NCBI GenBank assembly: GCA_965644295.1
Contig: CBFFRP010000126.1
Coordinates: 1 to 64,000 of the forward strand
Direction of reading: 5' to 3'
From: Paraphysomonas bandaiensis
Taxonomy: Eukaryota > Protista > Chrysophyceae
Length of the DNA stretch: 64,000 nt
In this document: one piece after another, positions 12,902 through 24,507 of the stretch
How the letters are laid out: each line of letters opens with the position of its first letter
Position numbering within the stretch: the stretch's first letter is position 1
Translations under genes and position numbers: made by a program
The notes under the pieces: generated by a model
What the model was told of the DNA's origin: nothing
What the model saw: only the letters and a program-made list of their open reading frames with translations
The model's database searches: none

Positions 12902-14509
12902 TTACTTCCCGAAGTGATCATGGTTGGCCGGGCGAGCCTCCAGTTTGTTGGCTTCAACTCCCTTGGCCGCATCTGTGCATGCTTTCGGAAGGTCAAACCA
13001 TCCCTCAGGCAGAGGACCCTCCACCAAGTTGTAGTAGTAGGTAGCCTCTCCTGAGCTTGAGCGGGTCTTAGACACAGGGGTGCAAGAGTCCTGAATATTG
13101 CTCCAGTAGAAGTCGTTTCCATCCATCTTCCACACATCTGCGGCTTCGTCTCCCACACGCACAGTCTGAGCGTATATCTATAACATACAGTGGTAAACGT
13201 TACAAATATATCTTGAATAAAGAAAGCCAGTCAACAGAAATCGTAAACCCAGTTGGTGTTCCCACCTGAGAGTTGATAGAACCATAACACCAATCAGACC
13301 ACAAGTTCAGACCGTACAGATCGCAATTGTCAGTAGCCACGTTGTAGTAATACTCAATACCATTCTTGAAGTCGTTGTACATTTTGAATGAGCCGTCTTT
13401 AGCCGTCTCACCTACAGTTTCGCACATATCAGTAACGGTACACACCCAAGTATGAGTAATCTATAACTCACCAGATCCACTGTTCGTGTCAATGCGGAAC
13501 AATTCGTTAACAGCATCAAAATAGAAATTCATCTTGGTTGGGTTTCTCCATCCAGAGCCGGTTTCGTAACCTAAAAATATGGACACGTGAGCAGATTTAT
13601 ACCATGTAATTCACTATAATCTGCAACATGAAATACGAAACTACATCTCCAAGGGTAGGATGAAAAGCAGATTATACCTTCCAGGGTGAACTGCTTCGGC
13701 GCACAGCAATCGCTGCCAGTGCTGGATTTAACCTTAGACTCCTTAGTCTCTTTGTGTGCTTTTTGTGCTGCTGCATCAGTTTTTGTGACCTGAGTCACAC
13801 GAAGGTTACAAATCAAGTACAAACTTACAAAACAATGAGCACACCTTGACATCTGCACATTGGTGGAAGGTTGGGCTGCCCCCGTGGTCTTCTGTAGGGT
13901 TCTGAGAAATATACCTCATGCGTAAAACACAGTGGTCACAGTCGATATTGGGCACAGTCACACGAATAGAGAAATTAGTTTGTGTGATCATATTCATTCC
14001 ATTCCAGTCAGCGATTGGCTGTCCCAGAGGATAAAAGTCTTCCTCGGTAGGATCCGCCACTTCAGCAAAATCGGCCTGTAGACGGCCAGGATCTTCCACC
14101 TACTCGATATTATGGTTAGAAATACACGACTTCCACAACAGAAACATAGCACGAAATCGTCAAACGTACATAGAAGTGGTTTAAATTCTGCTGAAACAAC
14201 ACATCAAATTCTTGACCGCCTTTGAGGGTAGCCAGAGGGTCAGCTGACGGAACCTCCCCGCATGGGCCTTGCTTCAGATAACATATGCTGCAACACACCA
14301 TCAGAATCCACCGACCACTACTGGCAACATCATATCTAACCTTTGCCCAGGAATGGTGATTTCGAAAGCTCCACCTCTTTGAGGAGGGTTCCACATGCAT
14401 ATCTACATATAAGTAGATGTTACTACATAGCCCCAAACAAGTGATGTAAACTTACATGTGCATCCAGAGAATGTAAGCCGAGAGCAGCAAATAGGAGAGA
14501 TGTCTTCAT
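12902..14509 (-). CDS. Secreted protein: N-terminal His-brace LPMO-like domain fused to an ependymin-related (EPDR-like) domain
   Basis: Signal peptide MKTSLLFAALGLHSLDA is followed by H-ICMWNPPQRG...NLNHFY...CDHCVLR...FHQCADVK. After a linker comes CCAPKQF...FYFDAVNELFR...NC...VW...CTPV...YYNLVEG...FDLPKAC. All joins use GT-AG introns. Confidence 0.75.
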
Positions 14510-14914
14510 TTTACAGCAATAATTAATATTTCGCACCACTATACACTATGACAGCGATAGTCGACTGGATTGCGATGCAGTGCTGTGTATGTTATGTGTT
14601 GACCTGTATACACACTACTGTATATATGTAACAACGTGTTAGAGTCTCCTTACTCAATTGAAGACAAGGAGTGTATCTTGAGAAGATAAATAATTTCAGT
14701 TTATGCGTTTCTTCGTCCGTGTGCGTGTTCCCTGTATACCTGGTATACCTGGTATACCATGGTATACGCACAGAACTATTGGATATATTGTCCTGTCAAT
14801 ACACATATACATACTTTAGTTTGGTTAATGACTTAATATTCTCCTCCTGGTCTGGTGAACAAAACACAGGAGTAGTGTTGAGGGTCTGAAAAGGCGCATC
14901 ATCACCTCCGATAC

Positions 14915-16034
14915 ATGCCTGTTGGAGATTCAGCATGTCGCCATTTGCTGCTCTTATCTCTCACTATGACCGCCTGTGTGTGTATCTCTCTTGATATTTT
15001 TAATATAGAATCATCTATTAGCGATATAAGTCGTAGCGATAAAGTCTTGCTTGTTATTCCTGGGATTGGGTTCCATACCAATAGAACAGAAACTGTGTTA
15101 TGGAACTTAGATATCTTACGGCGTTCTAACGTATCTTACCAGTGCATAGCCTTTGCATATAAGATACCACCTTTGAAGAAAACAGATCTCCGTATAAGAT
15201 CCAGCTGTCATTTGCACTATTATTTCAATGGCAACTATGCTAGTTATATGAAGGCCATAGTGCCGTCAGTTTTGAATTCTGCGGGGTTCACCCATGTCAT
15301 GGTACTTCTCGATGATGTTGAGCTGGGCCGTCATTTTAGGTATGTATATATTCCTGATAGGAATATGTCTTACATTTATTTACGACAGTTTAGATACTCT
15401 ACTGGATGCAATGAAACGCAATTCGCTTGCTGTAGCAACACCGGCTGTAACAGGTGCCGCTGTCCATTCCATTACTCCGTATGAACCCAAACCGGTGCCA
15501 AAGTTTCGTCAAAAGTTTCGACCAAACTACAAAGTAGGCCATACAGTAAAGGTATGAGTTCGTCGCAAATTAATGTGCCCTTGTTTTGGAGTATGACCAG
15601 TGCTTACTTCAGGTGATGGAAGTATTTGCGACGATGTTCACTCTACAAGCGTGGAAGTGTTGGTGGCTTCTCCTAGAGCCGAAACTCAACAGTCTCGGGT
15701 GGTATTATGATTTGTGCATATATGATTACTGTGCTGCGAAAGTTGAAGGGTTTCGTATGGGCGTGTTGATGGGACTTTCTGCCATTCACCGAGCGCATTA
15801 TGGGAAGCTATCAGTGAACACCTCTCTTCATGCCATGCAAATGCTGGGGGTACGTAGGTCATCTTTGTGTAGCCGTGTATATGTCAAGCATAGTTATTTT
15901 GTTTGAGTTTAATTTTATCCCAGCACCCAGCGCTTCAGGGAAAGTTTTGGATTCGCGTTATGGCCCAACGCAGAGGAACAGATCTCTTGTGTTCCCATAC
16001 CAGTCGTCACTCTCGAGGGACTCCCTTGAAGTAG
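14915..16034 (+). CDS. Putative glycosyltransferase-like type II membrane/secreted protein (multi-exon)
   Basis: N-terminal hydrophobic anchor and HVMVLLDDVEL (DxD-like), followed by ATPAV...EVFATMF...WKCWW...GWYYDL. Three short introns. Confidence 0.55.
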
Positions 16035-16539
16035 TTACTAACCCTAATCATCACAATGCATATACCACTCTCAATATGTCAAGTTTTAGTTCGACATACA
16101 CAATTAATAACAATTTAAATTATAAATAGTAGCACAGGAATCAATACCAATCTGTAATTGATATTCGTAAGGTGCTTTAACTTAATTATGTACACCCTAC
16201 AATCAATTATTAAAATTGTGATCAACATCTCTTATCATTCACTGTCATTGAGCGGTGGAGCCCTACCTATGCTGCTATATCTCTCCATTTTTTTCTTCTC
16301 AAAATCTTTTGGACATGATCTATGCCGCATTGGTTTTACCTGACCTGCTGCGTGACCTTATTGTTCTTTAATCTTTAATGCGCAATATGTAGACACATTA
16401 GGTTCTCAACATCATGGTGATAAGCTACAATTTAATCTAAGGATGAGGAGTATCGTCCCTTTTCCAAATTTAAAACTCGGGCTTTTCTAATTTTGAGCGC
16501 GGGACGGTATAGCCTCCTTATTACCCGTTTAAATATGAC

Positions 16540-16660
16540 TATACTTTGACCTTTGACTAGTTACACGAAATTTAGTGTGTATCAACATGAGACGTATTAG
16601 GATATTGGTAAACTTAATTAACTCAAAATCCCGTTAGACTAGGTTGATTATTATTTTCCC
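16540..16660. mobile_element. Partial MITE end related to the element at 56468-56858
   Basis: gactaggttgattattattttccc (~16637-16660) matches the reverse complement of the left TIR gggatatattattcaacctagtc at 56470. Confidence 0.4.
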
Positions 16661-17110
16661 TAAACTCCACATCCAAAGATAAATCGTTTTCATTCCTGTA
16701 ATCATGATCACAGATGATCAAAATACAGTGGTCAGTCGTTTATAATACACGTTTTTTCGGGCTATTGCTTTTACCGTATTCCAAATGCTAAAAGAATACT
16801 TCACCCCAATCTAGTAAAAAGCAATTTCAGTTTCTCCATAGAATCAAAACGATCTAATCGGTGGGGAAAATAAGCAATTATACCTTCAAATAATACTCAA
16901 TTGATTTCTGCACGTTTCAGAAAGCAATACGTAACACCAGTAAATATCTACCTCTAACAAAAATAAGCGATACACTTGCAGCAGCTTGAAACACAAGACG
17001 GCACACGATAGATGAAATCAACAACTTAACAGCTAACTAGTAAAAGTTACTCAAAACCATCTACATAGTCGGCCCAAAAACCATTCTATAGTGTAGTGTA
17101 CTGCGCTTAT

Positions 17111-18321
17111 TCATAGCTCATCATCATGCAAATCATCACGCATATTTATGGGATTTGAGGCCGGTTGGCCAATAGTGCTTTTTGCAAAGCGGGGGTCACT
17201 TCGTCTTCCAGTTATATCATCATCCTCAGCATCGTATGCCCACTCGGAATCATCATAGTTAGAAAAATGTTTGATAGAATTCATATTTTGAGTAGCGGAT
17301 GGAATTGCGACAGGAACCTTCATGATATACATAAAAAACAGTCCCTAAAATGCAAAACGATTAAAATGAATGAGAAAGTGGTAGACATCGATTATATGCA
17401 CATCCGGTTATAAGCAAAATATATTATATGACAAGTAGGTAGTGCAGCGTTTACCGGAATGATAGTGGGAATCCATGAAGTTACTACAAACCACAACAAT
17501 AGTGGGATACTATTGACAGCATCGGCGTGTCTCCCATCTCCGTTAGTAATATGAGATGCAACCAACATAAGTAGGAACACTGCGCGTACTGTGTAGCACA
17601 CTGTACAAGTTGCAAGAACGACAGTAATACGATTCAACAGTGCAATTGCCTTTTCCCTTAGTAACATCTCTTCCGCACTTTGGAGCGGAAGAGAGAGAGG
17701 CTGACTGAGTTTCATGCGCAAACGACAGCCATAAACAAGCAATCCACCAGAGAGAATGAACAATGACAAGACATATAGCATGGTTGTGTAGATCTCAACT
17801 TTGGCATACAATTCACTGTAGAAACCTCCCACACCTGCGTGCCACTGTTATTCAGTATATCCAGAGAATATATTCACGCACCTAGAACAATGAGATCAAC
17901 CAGAGTAGACAACGTATTTATGCCAACAAAACAAACTCCTATTACCCTCTCTTTTTGAACTAATTCATTGGTAGACAATGCCTTGCTCCACATTCCCAGA
18001 ACCTACGAATGATAAATACATATATAGGATACATATTATACGAACCGTCGTGAAAGACAAAAGGTTGCAGAACAATGCTAGCATGTGTAAAGAGAATCCC
18101 CAAGTAGTGTATCCTTGGTATATTATTATACTGAAACTATATAACCCCTCAAATAGAGAGAAACATGCAAATATTCCATGGAATAAAAGCTTGTAAGACG
18201 CTTGGTCGCGTTTGCTTCCATCTAACATGAAGAAAAGACGTATTTGTAAACAGCAATAACAAAAAAGTGTACTAGTCATGAGCAGCCCGATTATCCCGAT
18301 GATAGAATATAAAGACACCAT
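17111..18321 (-). CDS. Multi-pass membrane protein (about 7 TM; TOM1/THH1- or GPR137-like)
   Basis: Consecutive hydrophobic helices across 4 exons, LLVYGCRLRMKL and C..CYTVRA motifs, and an acidic cytoplasmic tail. Confidence 0.55.
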
Positions 18322-18897
18322 GGGGAATATATGTGACGGTTGAAAGACAAGTTAAGAGCACCTTACACAGTCCTTGTAAAGCTACAAGGAACATAAACAG
18401 TCAGAGATATCTGACATGAGTATTATTTATCAATAGATGGAACTCAATTAGAGGTCTCTAGTATGTCTATATAGATAGCAGTAACGCATTGGCTTAACGC
18501 AGCCATGTATAGGTATGGTGTGCGGTACTGCTATCCACTATGCAATATACGACATTCCACATAATACATACGTATATACCGGCATACAGTGTATACTATA
18601 TTCTTGCAACAGAGTCGAGGCCGGTTAGGCCGAACTAAAATCATCACATCGGGATACACTTCGAAATGCATCAATAGCCATAGAAGATATGCATCAAAAT
18701 GCATAGCAGCATGACAATGACTAAGTCATGTCAAGAAACCAGTTGTTAATGATCCCCTCTGCTTTATACTCTGTACGTACAGAGTGCTTCCTTTCATCGA
18801 TATGTATATATCCATAAAACCACCGACTTTTAGTTTTTCAAGGGGTTTTCTCACATTTACAGTACAGAGTATATATTATCGCCTCATCTGTGCGACA

Positions 18898-18977
18898 CCT
18901 TGAGAGATGGTATAGTGGTGTATAGTGAGATGGTATCTGGGTATATAGTGAGATGGTATAGTGGTATAATATAGTGA
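18898..18977. repeat. Short minisatellite (tatagtgagatggtat) interrupted by the retroposon copy; resumes at ~19471-19495
   Basis: The motif occurs about 3 times left of the insertion and once right of it. Confidence 0.6.
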
Positions 18978-18984
18978 ATGTCTA

Positions 18985-19071
18985 CCCTCAACAAAGTCGG
19001 ACGCACACCTTTTCGTGGTGTTCTGAGTAAGAAGTACCGGAGAGACTCTCTCCGGAAACAAACGTGAGCCG
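18985..19071 (+). ncRNA. Candidate HDV-like ribozyme at the 5' end of retroposon copy A
   Basis: P3/L3 = ACC-UUUUCGU-GGU; P4 = CCGGAGAG/CUCUCCGG; J4/2 = CAAA; P2' = GUGAGCCG pairs with upstream CGGaCgCAC. P1 is imperfect. Confidence 0.45.
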
Positions 19072-19469
19072 CAAAAACATAGTCAGCAGATATTCTTCTG
19101 CCCACTCATAGCCGAATGCTTGTCTGGTACAAGGGACACCAAACACCAATAAGTGTCCCTTGTGTAGACGTCTTTGGGCCCCGACGAATAAACAGGCATC
19201 CGGAAATGGGCCCACCTCAACAAGGACATCAGGGAATGGGCCCACCTGAAGTCAAGCATCCGGGATATTCACCTTAAGAACTCAGAGCGGAAGTAGTCGC
19301 ACCTTCGTGCTTGCGGCGACGCACAAGCAGCTTCCGTAGCGTTAAATAGCAGGATAAAAAAGTTTGACTGATTAGTTACAGGTAGAGGTCTAACTAGTTT
19401 GTCTAGCATTCATCTAGCTACTAAGTTGGTGCAGGTTTTTAACGCCTATTGCTAATAATAAGACTTTCA
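18985..19469 (+). mobile_element. Dispersed ~480-bp non-coding retroposon (SINE/SIDE-like), copy A
   Basis: Co-linear homology with 23819-24270 (+), 45965-46375 (-) and 61672-61890 (-). Contains several hairpins (ccggagag/ctctccgg; acaagggacac/gtgtcccttgt). Confidence 0.85.
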
Positions 19470-20415
19470 ATATATAGTGAGATGGTATATGGGTGTACAG
19501 TAATAGTTCATACTTGTGAACTGTATGTAATATATATGTGTAGTCGGTGACTTTTTATAGCTGTAAAACTGAAGTAATAAGGAAGAAACTTTTATAATTT
19601 TCACAATGTTAATATCTTCATAGCAACTAATTGTGCATAGTTATACCCTTTTCCAACTATCATCAAAAATTTCACCAGGTTTTGGTATTACCTCGACTTA
19701 ATGTAATCTCATACTAATATAATATAAGTTCAAGGCTGTTTGACCACGCTAAAGTCAACGCTTTTTTACTGAAATAACTACCGAGTAGTGCTTTGCAAAA
19801 GACTTTGCTTTCGAATCTGTTAGTTACTAATGGATTTTATCCAATGCCTCACAGTTTCCAATGAACACATTTATCTATGCACACACATTCGGAATTTCTG
19901 AAAAGATTTGTATTTTATAGGTTTTACTACTGCTTTCATGTTCAAGAACATTTAGTGCGAACAATACTGCACTTCACTATTATACACAATCAGTCAACCA
20001 GTAACCAGGGTCTGCATTCAACACAATGTAATGTAACGGGTAACGAATATATGTATCGTAATCTAATTGCGTAATCTTGTCTGTAATTTCGCATTATATT
20101 TCTGTTTTTCCCTAAATCATGTCGCATTATCAGGGGAACATAATTAAGCATTGTGAGTCTGCTAGAAACAGTGAGTGATAAACAACGATTGCTGCATGTT
20201 AGCGTTGAGATTATCAAATCTTTGCAACGCTTTAGAAAATGAGTACATTGACCGTCATAATAACCATTACGGGCCTAGAAGCGATAATGGGTGACAAAAG
20301 AAAAAATCCCAACAAAAATAAGAGCAACGAATTCACCCAGATTAGTTTATGTCGCATGCTGATAACCAGATATTACTCGAGCAGCATTACGGCATATATA
20401 TCTAAAGCTATACTT

Positions 20416-21510
20416 CTATATTGGGCACTCATCTTGAACTTTCTTCCCAATGAAATAGTAATACGGACAAGTAAGTAACGGCACATAAGGGAAATGACCG
20501 AAACCCGTCCCAAGAATTACTTTTTCAAACGCTGAACATAAAGTCTGCAAGACAGCTGTAAGAAATATTCACGCAAACTATTTTTACCCACCGGTATGTG
20601 TTCAGGATTGAGGTGTACATGATCGTTAGAGAATATCCACGTCCATAGTGCTCCCATTCCCGTCCACTATTATAACAAAAACTAGTCATTAATGAAATGA
20701 AACACAGCAGAAATATGAAACCCACCTGCTCATCCAGCACAGTGAAGTCGCATACTGCAATATGTCCTCCCTGAGGAAACTCATCACTAAATATCACTCG
20801 CTTTAAACATACTTACAGGTTTGAGCATTCTATAAGCGTTTCTAATTGCTCCCTTCCAATCAGGAATCATCGTGAGTGCATAACTGAAGGTCACAACATC
20901 AACTGTTCCGGATGCTGGCAGCCCTTCACAATTAACATCGCAAGCATCACCCAGAACTACATCCACGATATCGCCCCACCCCTTGGTATTAACACGTTTT
21001 TTAGCGGTCTCAACCAGTGAAGGACATAGATCAAGAACAACAACACGGCCCCAACGATTAAGCCCGCTGCCGTAATATTCGAGGTTTGACCCAGTGCTGA
21101 GAATTCATTAGCGCAATAAAATAGAAGTTGTCATAAGCCATACCCTCCTCCCATATCCACCCATACTCCCCCTTTAGGCGCTGGCATCGCCTTTATCATT
21201 GGGTATCTACCGTGAAGCATACGGTGTCGATAAGAATCATATTTGTCAGCCTGAAAAAACGTAAAATACATGACTTCACAGGCTTCATATCATACCTGCG
21301 TTACATAAAAAGACTCCAACCGCTCTTGCTGAGTATCACCTTTGATATCCGCAAATATCATGGCCTTTAATACCTCGAAGTCTTATAAAAATCGTTACAA
21401 GAGCCACAGATAATGTACGTAATAACTAACTTACCAGATGACCAAGTCGCTTCAGGGTGATAATCCTGAATTTCAGGTTCATCATTGTTATTTTCACGCT
21501 GTTCTGCCAT
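20416..21510 (-). CDS. BtaB-like SAM-dependent methyltransferase (betaine-lipid synthase methyltransferase domain, stand-alone)
   Basis: The spliced product contains GDTQQERLESFYVTQADKYDSYRHRMLHGR, VWVDMGGGTGSNLE, VVLDLCPSL, VTFSYALTMIPDW, LKPGGHIAVCDF and C-terminal PYVPLLTCPYYYFIG, all matching the BTA1 methyltransferase module. Confidence 0.85.
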
Positions 21511-21988
21511 AGCGCTCTAGTATTTGATGTTCTCCACTGTAGTCGGGATTGCTGGCAAGTAGCTCTGGATATAGAGCAGAAGTTATGAGCAGTAGACCGG
21601 CCGGCCGTGACACTGCTGTCTGTGTATCAGTAGGAAGCTATGTAGCAGGTGTGTGAGTGTCTCATTGGCTATCGGTCATATCCTGTTCTTCACACGTACA
21701 ATGTGGTATACAGCATAATACATCCGGGACTACACCACAAATCATTTTTTCTACTCACCATCACCAGATACGACAGATAACTGGACCTCACATGCACTGC
21801 AACAGCCCACAAAGAACCACACATAACCAATCAATATAAAGTAACTTATCTCTCGTGCTTATCATTCGCTATTGAAGACAATGATCATGAGCCACTCAAA
21901 TTATACATACATCCGCTTCTCCTTTTGCAATATATGATTCATATTACCAACACAATATATATTTTCAATTTACACTTACTTATAAAAG

Positions 21989-22871
21989 ATGTCTGTCGCA
22001 TTTTGGAGCAAAGAGATTACTGCCAAGTCCGCCGTGGAGGTGCAGCCACCAGGTAAGGCATTTATTCAATTTTTTTCTTGTTTTAACAAACCTTATTAGA
22101 GGGATATGTGCTAAATGTGCAGAACGCTGCCATTACTGGCAAGGCTTCTCAGCCTGTCGTGCTAAAAGCAAAGACTGTTTCCATCGAGGGCGATGAGATC
22201 GACGCTGTGTTGTGCACTCTTCGCCAGGGCGGCACTGAGCAGTGCACTCTGCAGCTCGTGTTCGGCTATGATGTCCCTGTGCAATTTCACATCACTGGAG
22301 CTGATGGATCTGTCAAGCTTCATTTGTCCGGTTACTACCAGCCTGCTCCTGATGATGATGAGGACAGTGACGACGAAATGGGAATGTACGACGAGGACAG
22401 TGAGGGAGAATCTGACGAGGAGGCCATGAAAAATACTCTCGCCAATTCTGGAAAAATAGTTGTGGAGGAGGACGATGGAAGCAGTGATGACTCAGAAGAA
22501 GAAGACGATGATGAGGATGGAGTTGACGCCGAGTTTATCAAGGTTGTAGAATTATTGGTGATCCTTGACAAATATTAATAGTTTTGGAGCAGAAAATGAT
22601 AGAGCAAAACAAAGCTGGAAACAAAAAGAAACCTGCTGAGAGCAGCAGTGAAGACGAGGAGGAAAGTGAAGAGGAGGATGAGAGCAGCGAAGAAGAAGCT
22701 CCCCCTGCCAAGGTCGCTAAGAAGACACCTCAAAAGACACCTCAACAGAAAGGACAGCCCCAGCAGAAGAAAACCCCTGTCAGCAACAACAAGGGTGGTA
22801 ACAACAAGGTGGTAACTCCTGGACAGAAAAAAGGAAATGCTAACACACCTGGAAGCAAGAGAAAGCGCTAA
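21989..22871 (+). CDS. Nucleoplasmin-like (NPL) domain protein with acidic tracts and basic tail (FKBP39/HD2-type N-terminus)
   Basis: MSVAFWSKEI...LNVQNAAI...VLCTL...EQCTLQLVF...LHLSGY, then D/E tracts, KTP repeats and a terminal KRKR NLS. Two introns. Confidence 0.85.
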
Positions 22872-23818
22872 ATTCAGCAATAGCTCGTAACATGTATCGC
22901 ATCGCTCCAATTTGGGGCTGTATATTATAACACAGTAATTTGGCATCCTTAAAAAATTGAAGTTAGGAACTGGATAGTTATTAATAATATGAGGATGCAA
23001 TAAGTTGATATGTGGTCGTACTTCTGTTACATAGTGTATATGTGTGTACATAGCTCTGTACGCTGCTTAAACGAACACGTAGAGTTAGGAGTTCATCACC
23101 TACTCCCCACGCTGCTACTGTGTAAACATAAAAACAGATGCAGAGCGTGAAGTGGTTACGCCCCTCCCGCACTTCAAGATCAGGTCACCAATCCCGCCAG
23201 AACTAAGTAACAATTGACTTTCGACTAATTGCCCGTGTTTTAACATCGTAATTATAGTCAATAAAAAAATACCCAATTTATGTTCAATAAATTGCACATT
23301 GTTATTATACATTATACAATATAAATTTCGCACAACTACGAAAACAATACCTAAAACTAAAACAGATAGCAGCAAGACACAATGCCAAGAATTTCGAGTA
23401 TCAAAGAATTCTAATAAGAGCTGCGAAGGCTATTGCAAATTTATATGGGCTCAGATCATAGTCACAAGTTAAACCTGGTTGTCAGATATTCCGATTTCAA
23501 TTAGAACTGCACCACCAAGAGCGCACCACGAATAATTACAGCATGTCCTGCAAGTAAGAATTTGTGTGTATTCATCAGAACGGCACCAGAAAGGGATCTC
23601 TGACCATCAATTACATATCTTCTTGCTGACTTACTGCAGACGAAAATGTAACTCCGCAATATGTATTATATCCTAGATATGGCTCAAGATCACTATACAT
23701 CCATATACCATCTAACTAATATACAAAATGACATATATTTACTATTTTTCTATGACAATTTAAAATAAGAATGTACTGATTTTAATAGGACAACACTTTA
23801 GCTGAAGAGTAAAGGTGA

Positions 23819-23903
23819 CCCTCAACAAGATCGAACTCGCACCTTTTCGTGGTGTTCTGGATAAGTACGGGAGAGACTCTCTCTGGGAAACTAACGTGAG
23901 CCG
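23819..23903 (+). ncRNA. Candidate HDV-like ribozyme, copy B
   Basis: CCCUCAAC...CUCGC-ACC-UUUUCGU-GGU-GUUCUGG-AUAAGUA-[CGGGAGAG/CUCUCUG hairpin]-GGAAA-CUAA-C-GUGAGCCG. Confidence 0.5.
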
Positions 23904-24270
23904 CATATATAATTAGCAGATATTGTTCTTCCCACTCATAGCTTGTGTGGTACAAGCGACACTAATTTGGGTATTGACGAATAAACAATAAACAGGCATC
24001 CCGAATGGGCCCGCCTCAAGGGCACCGGGGATTCGGGGTATTGGGCTGCCTACTGAAGTCAAGCATCTGGGCTAGTACACCTTAAAAACAGAGAGCGAAA
24101 GTGGTTGCACCTTGGTGCTTGCGGCGACGCATTAGCAGCTTTCGTAGCGTGAAATAGTAGGATATCAGAATTAAGCATCAATTACAGTAGTTAAATTGTT
24201 TCTGCAACATTAGTTCTGACAGTAGAACTTCTGACTCTTAGACCTTAGACGCATAATTGCTAATATATGA
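23819..24270 (+). mobile_element. Retroposon copy B with imperfect target-site duplication
   Basis: Homologous to copy A from CCCTCAAC to attgctaata. Flanks are agagt-aaaggtga (left, abutting 23819) and agagt-aag-aaaggtga (right, ~24277-24292). Confidence 0.8.
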
Positions 24271-24507
24271 ACTACTAGAGTAAGAAAGGTGAATAAGAAC
24301 TAGATGTTCTACAATAGAAGGAAAGTGATCAAATATCACCCATTATTACTTACATGGCGATATATATCTTCGTAATAATATTCATACTCTGTAAAGTTCG
24401 ATATATATTATCAGGAACTACTTGAAGAATAAATAGCAAAATCAAGCTATAGACACGCACAATAAACCCATAATATTAAAATATAACCAAATTATGCGTA
24501 AATACTG

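Noticed and set aside
18985-19469. tRNA-derived SINE or MITE interpretation of the dispersed repeat
   Set aside because: No A/B boxes in the head and no terminal inverted repeats.
23440-23620. Possible gene fragment with GGAV-type motifs on the minus strand
   Set aside because: Too short and interrupted to support a call.
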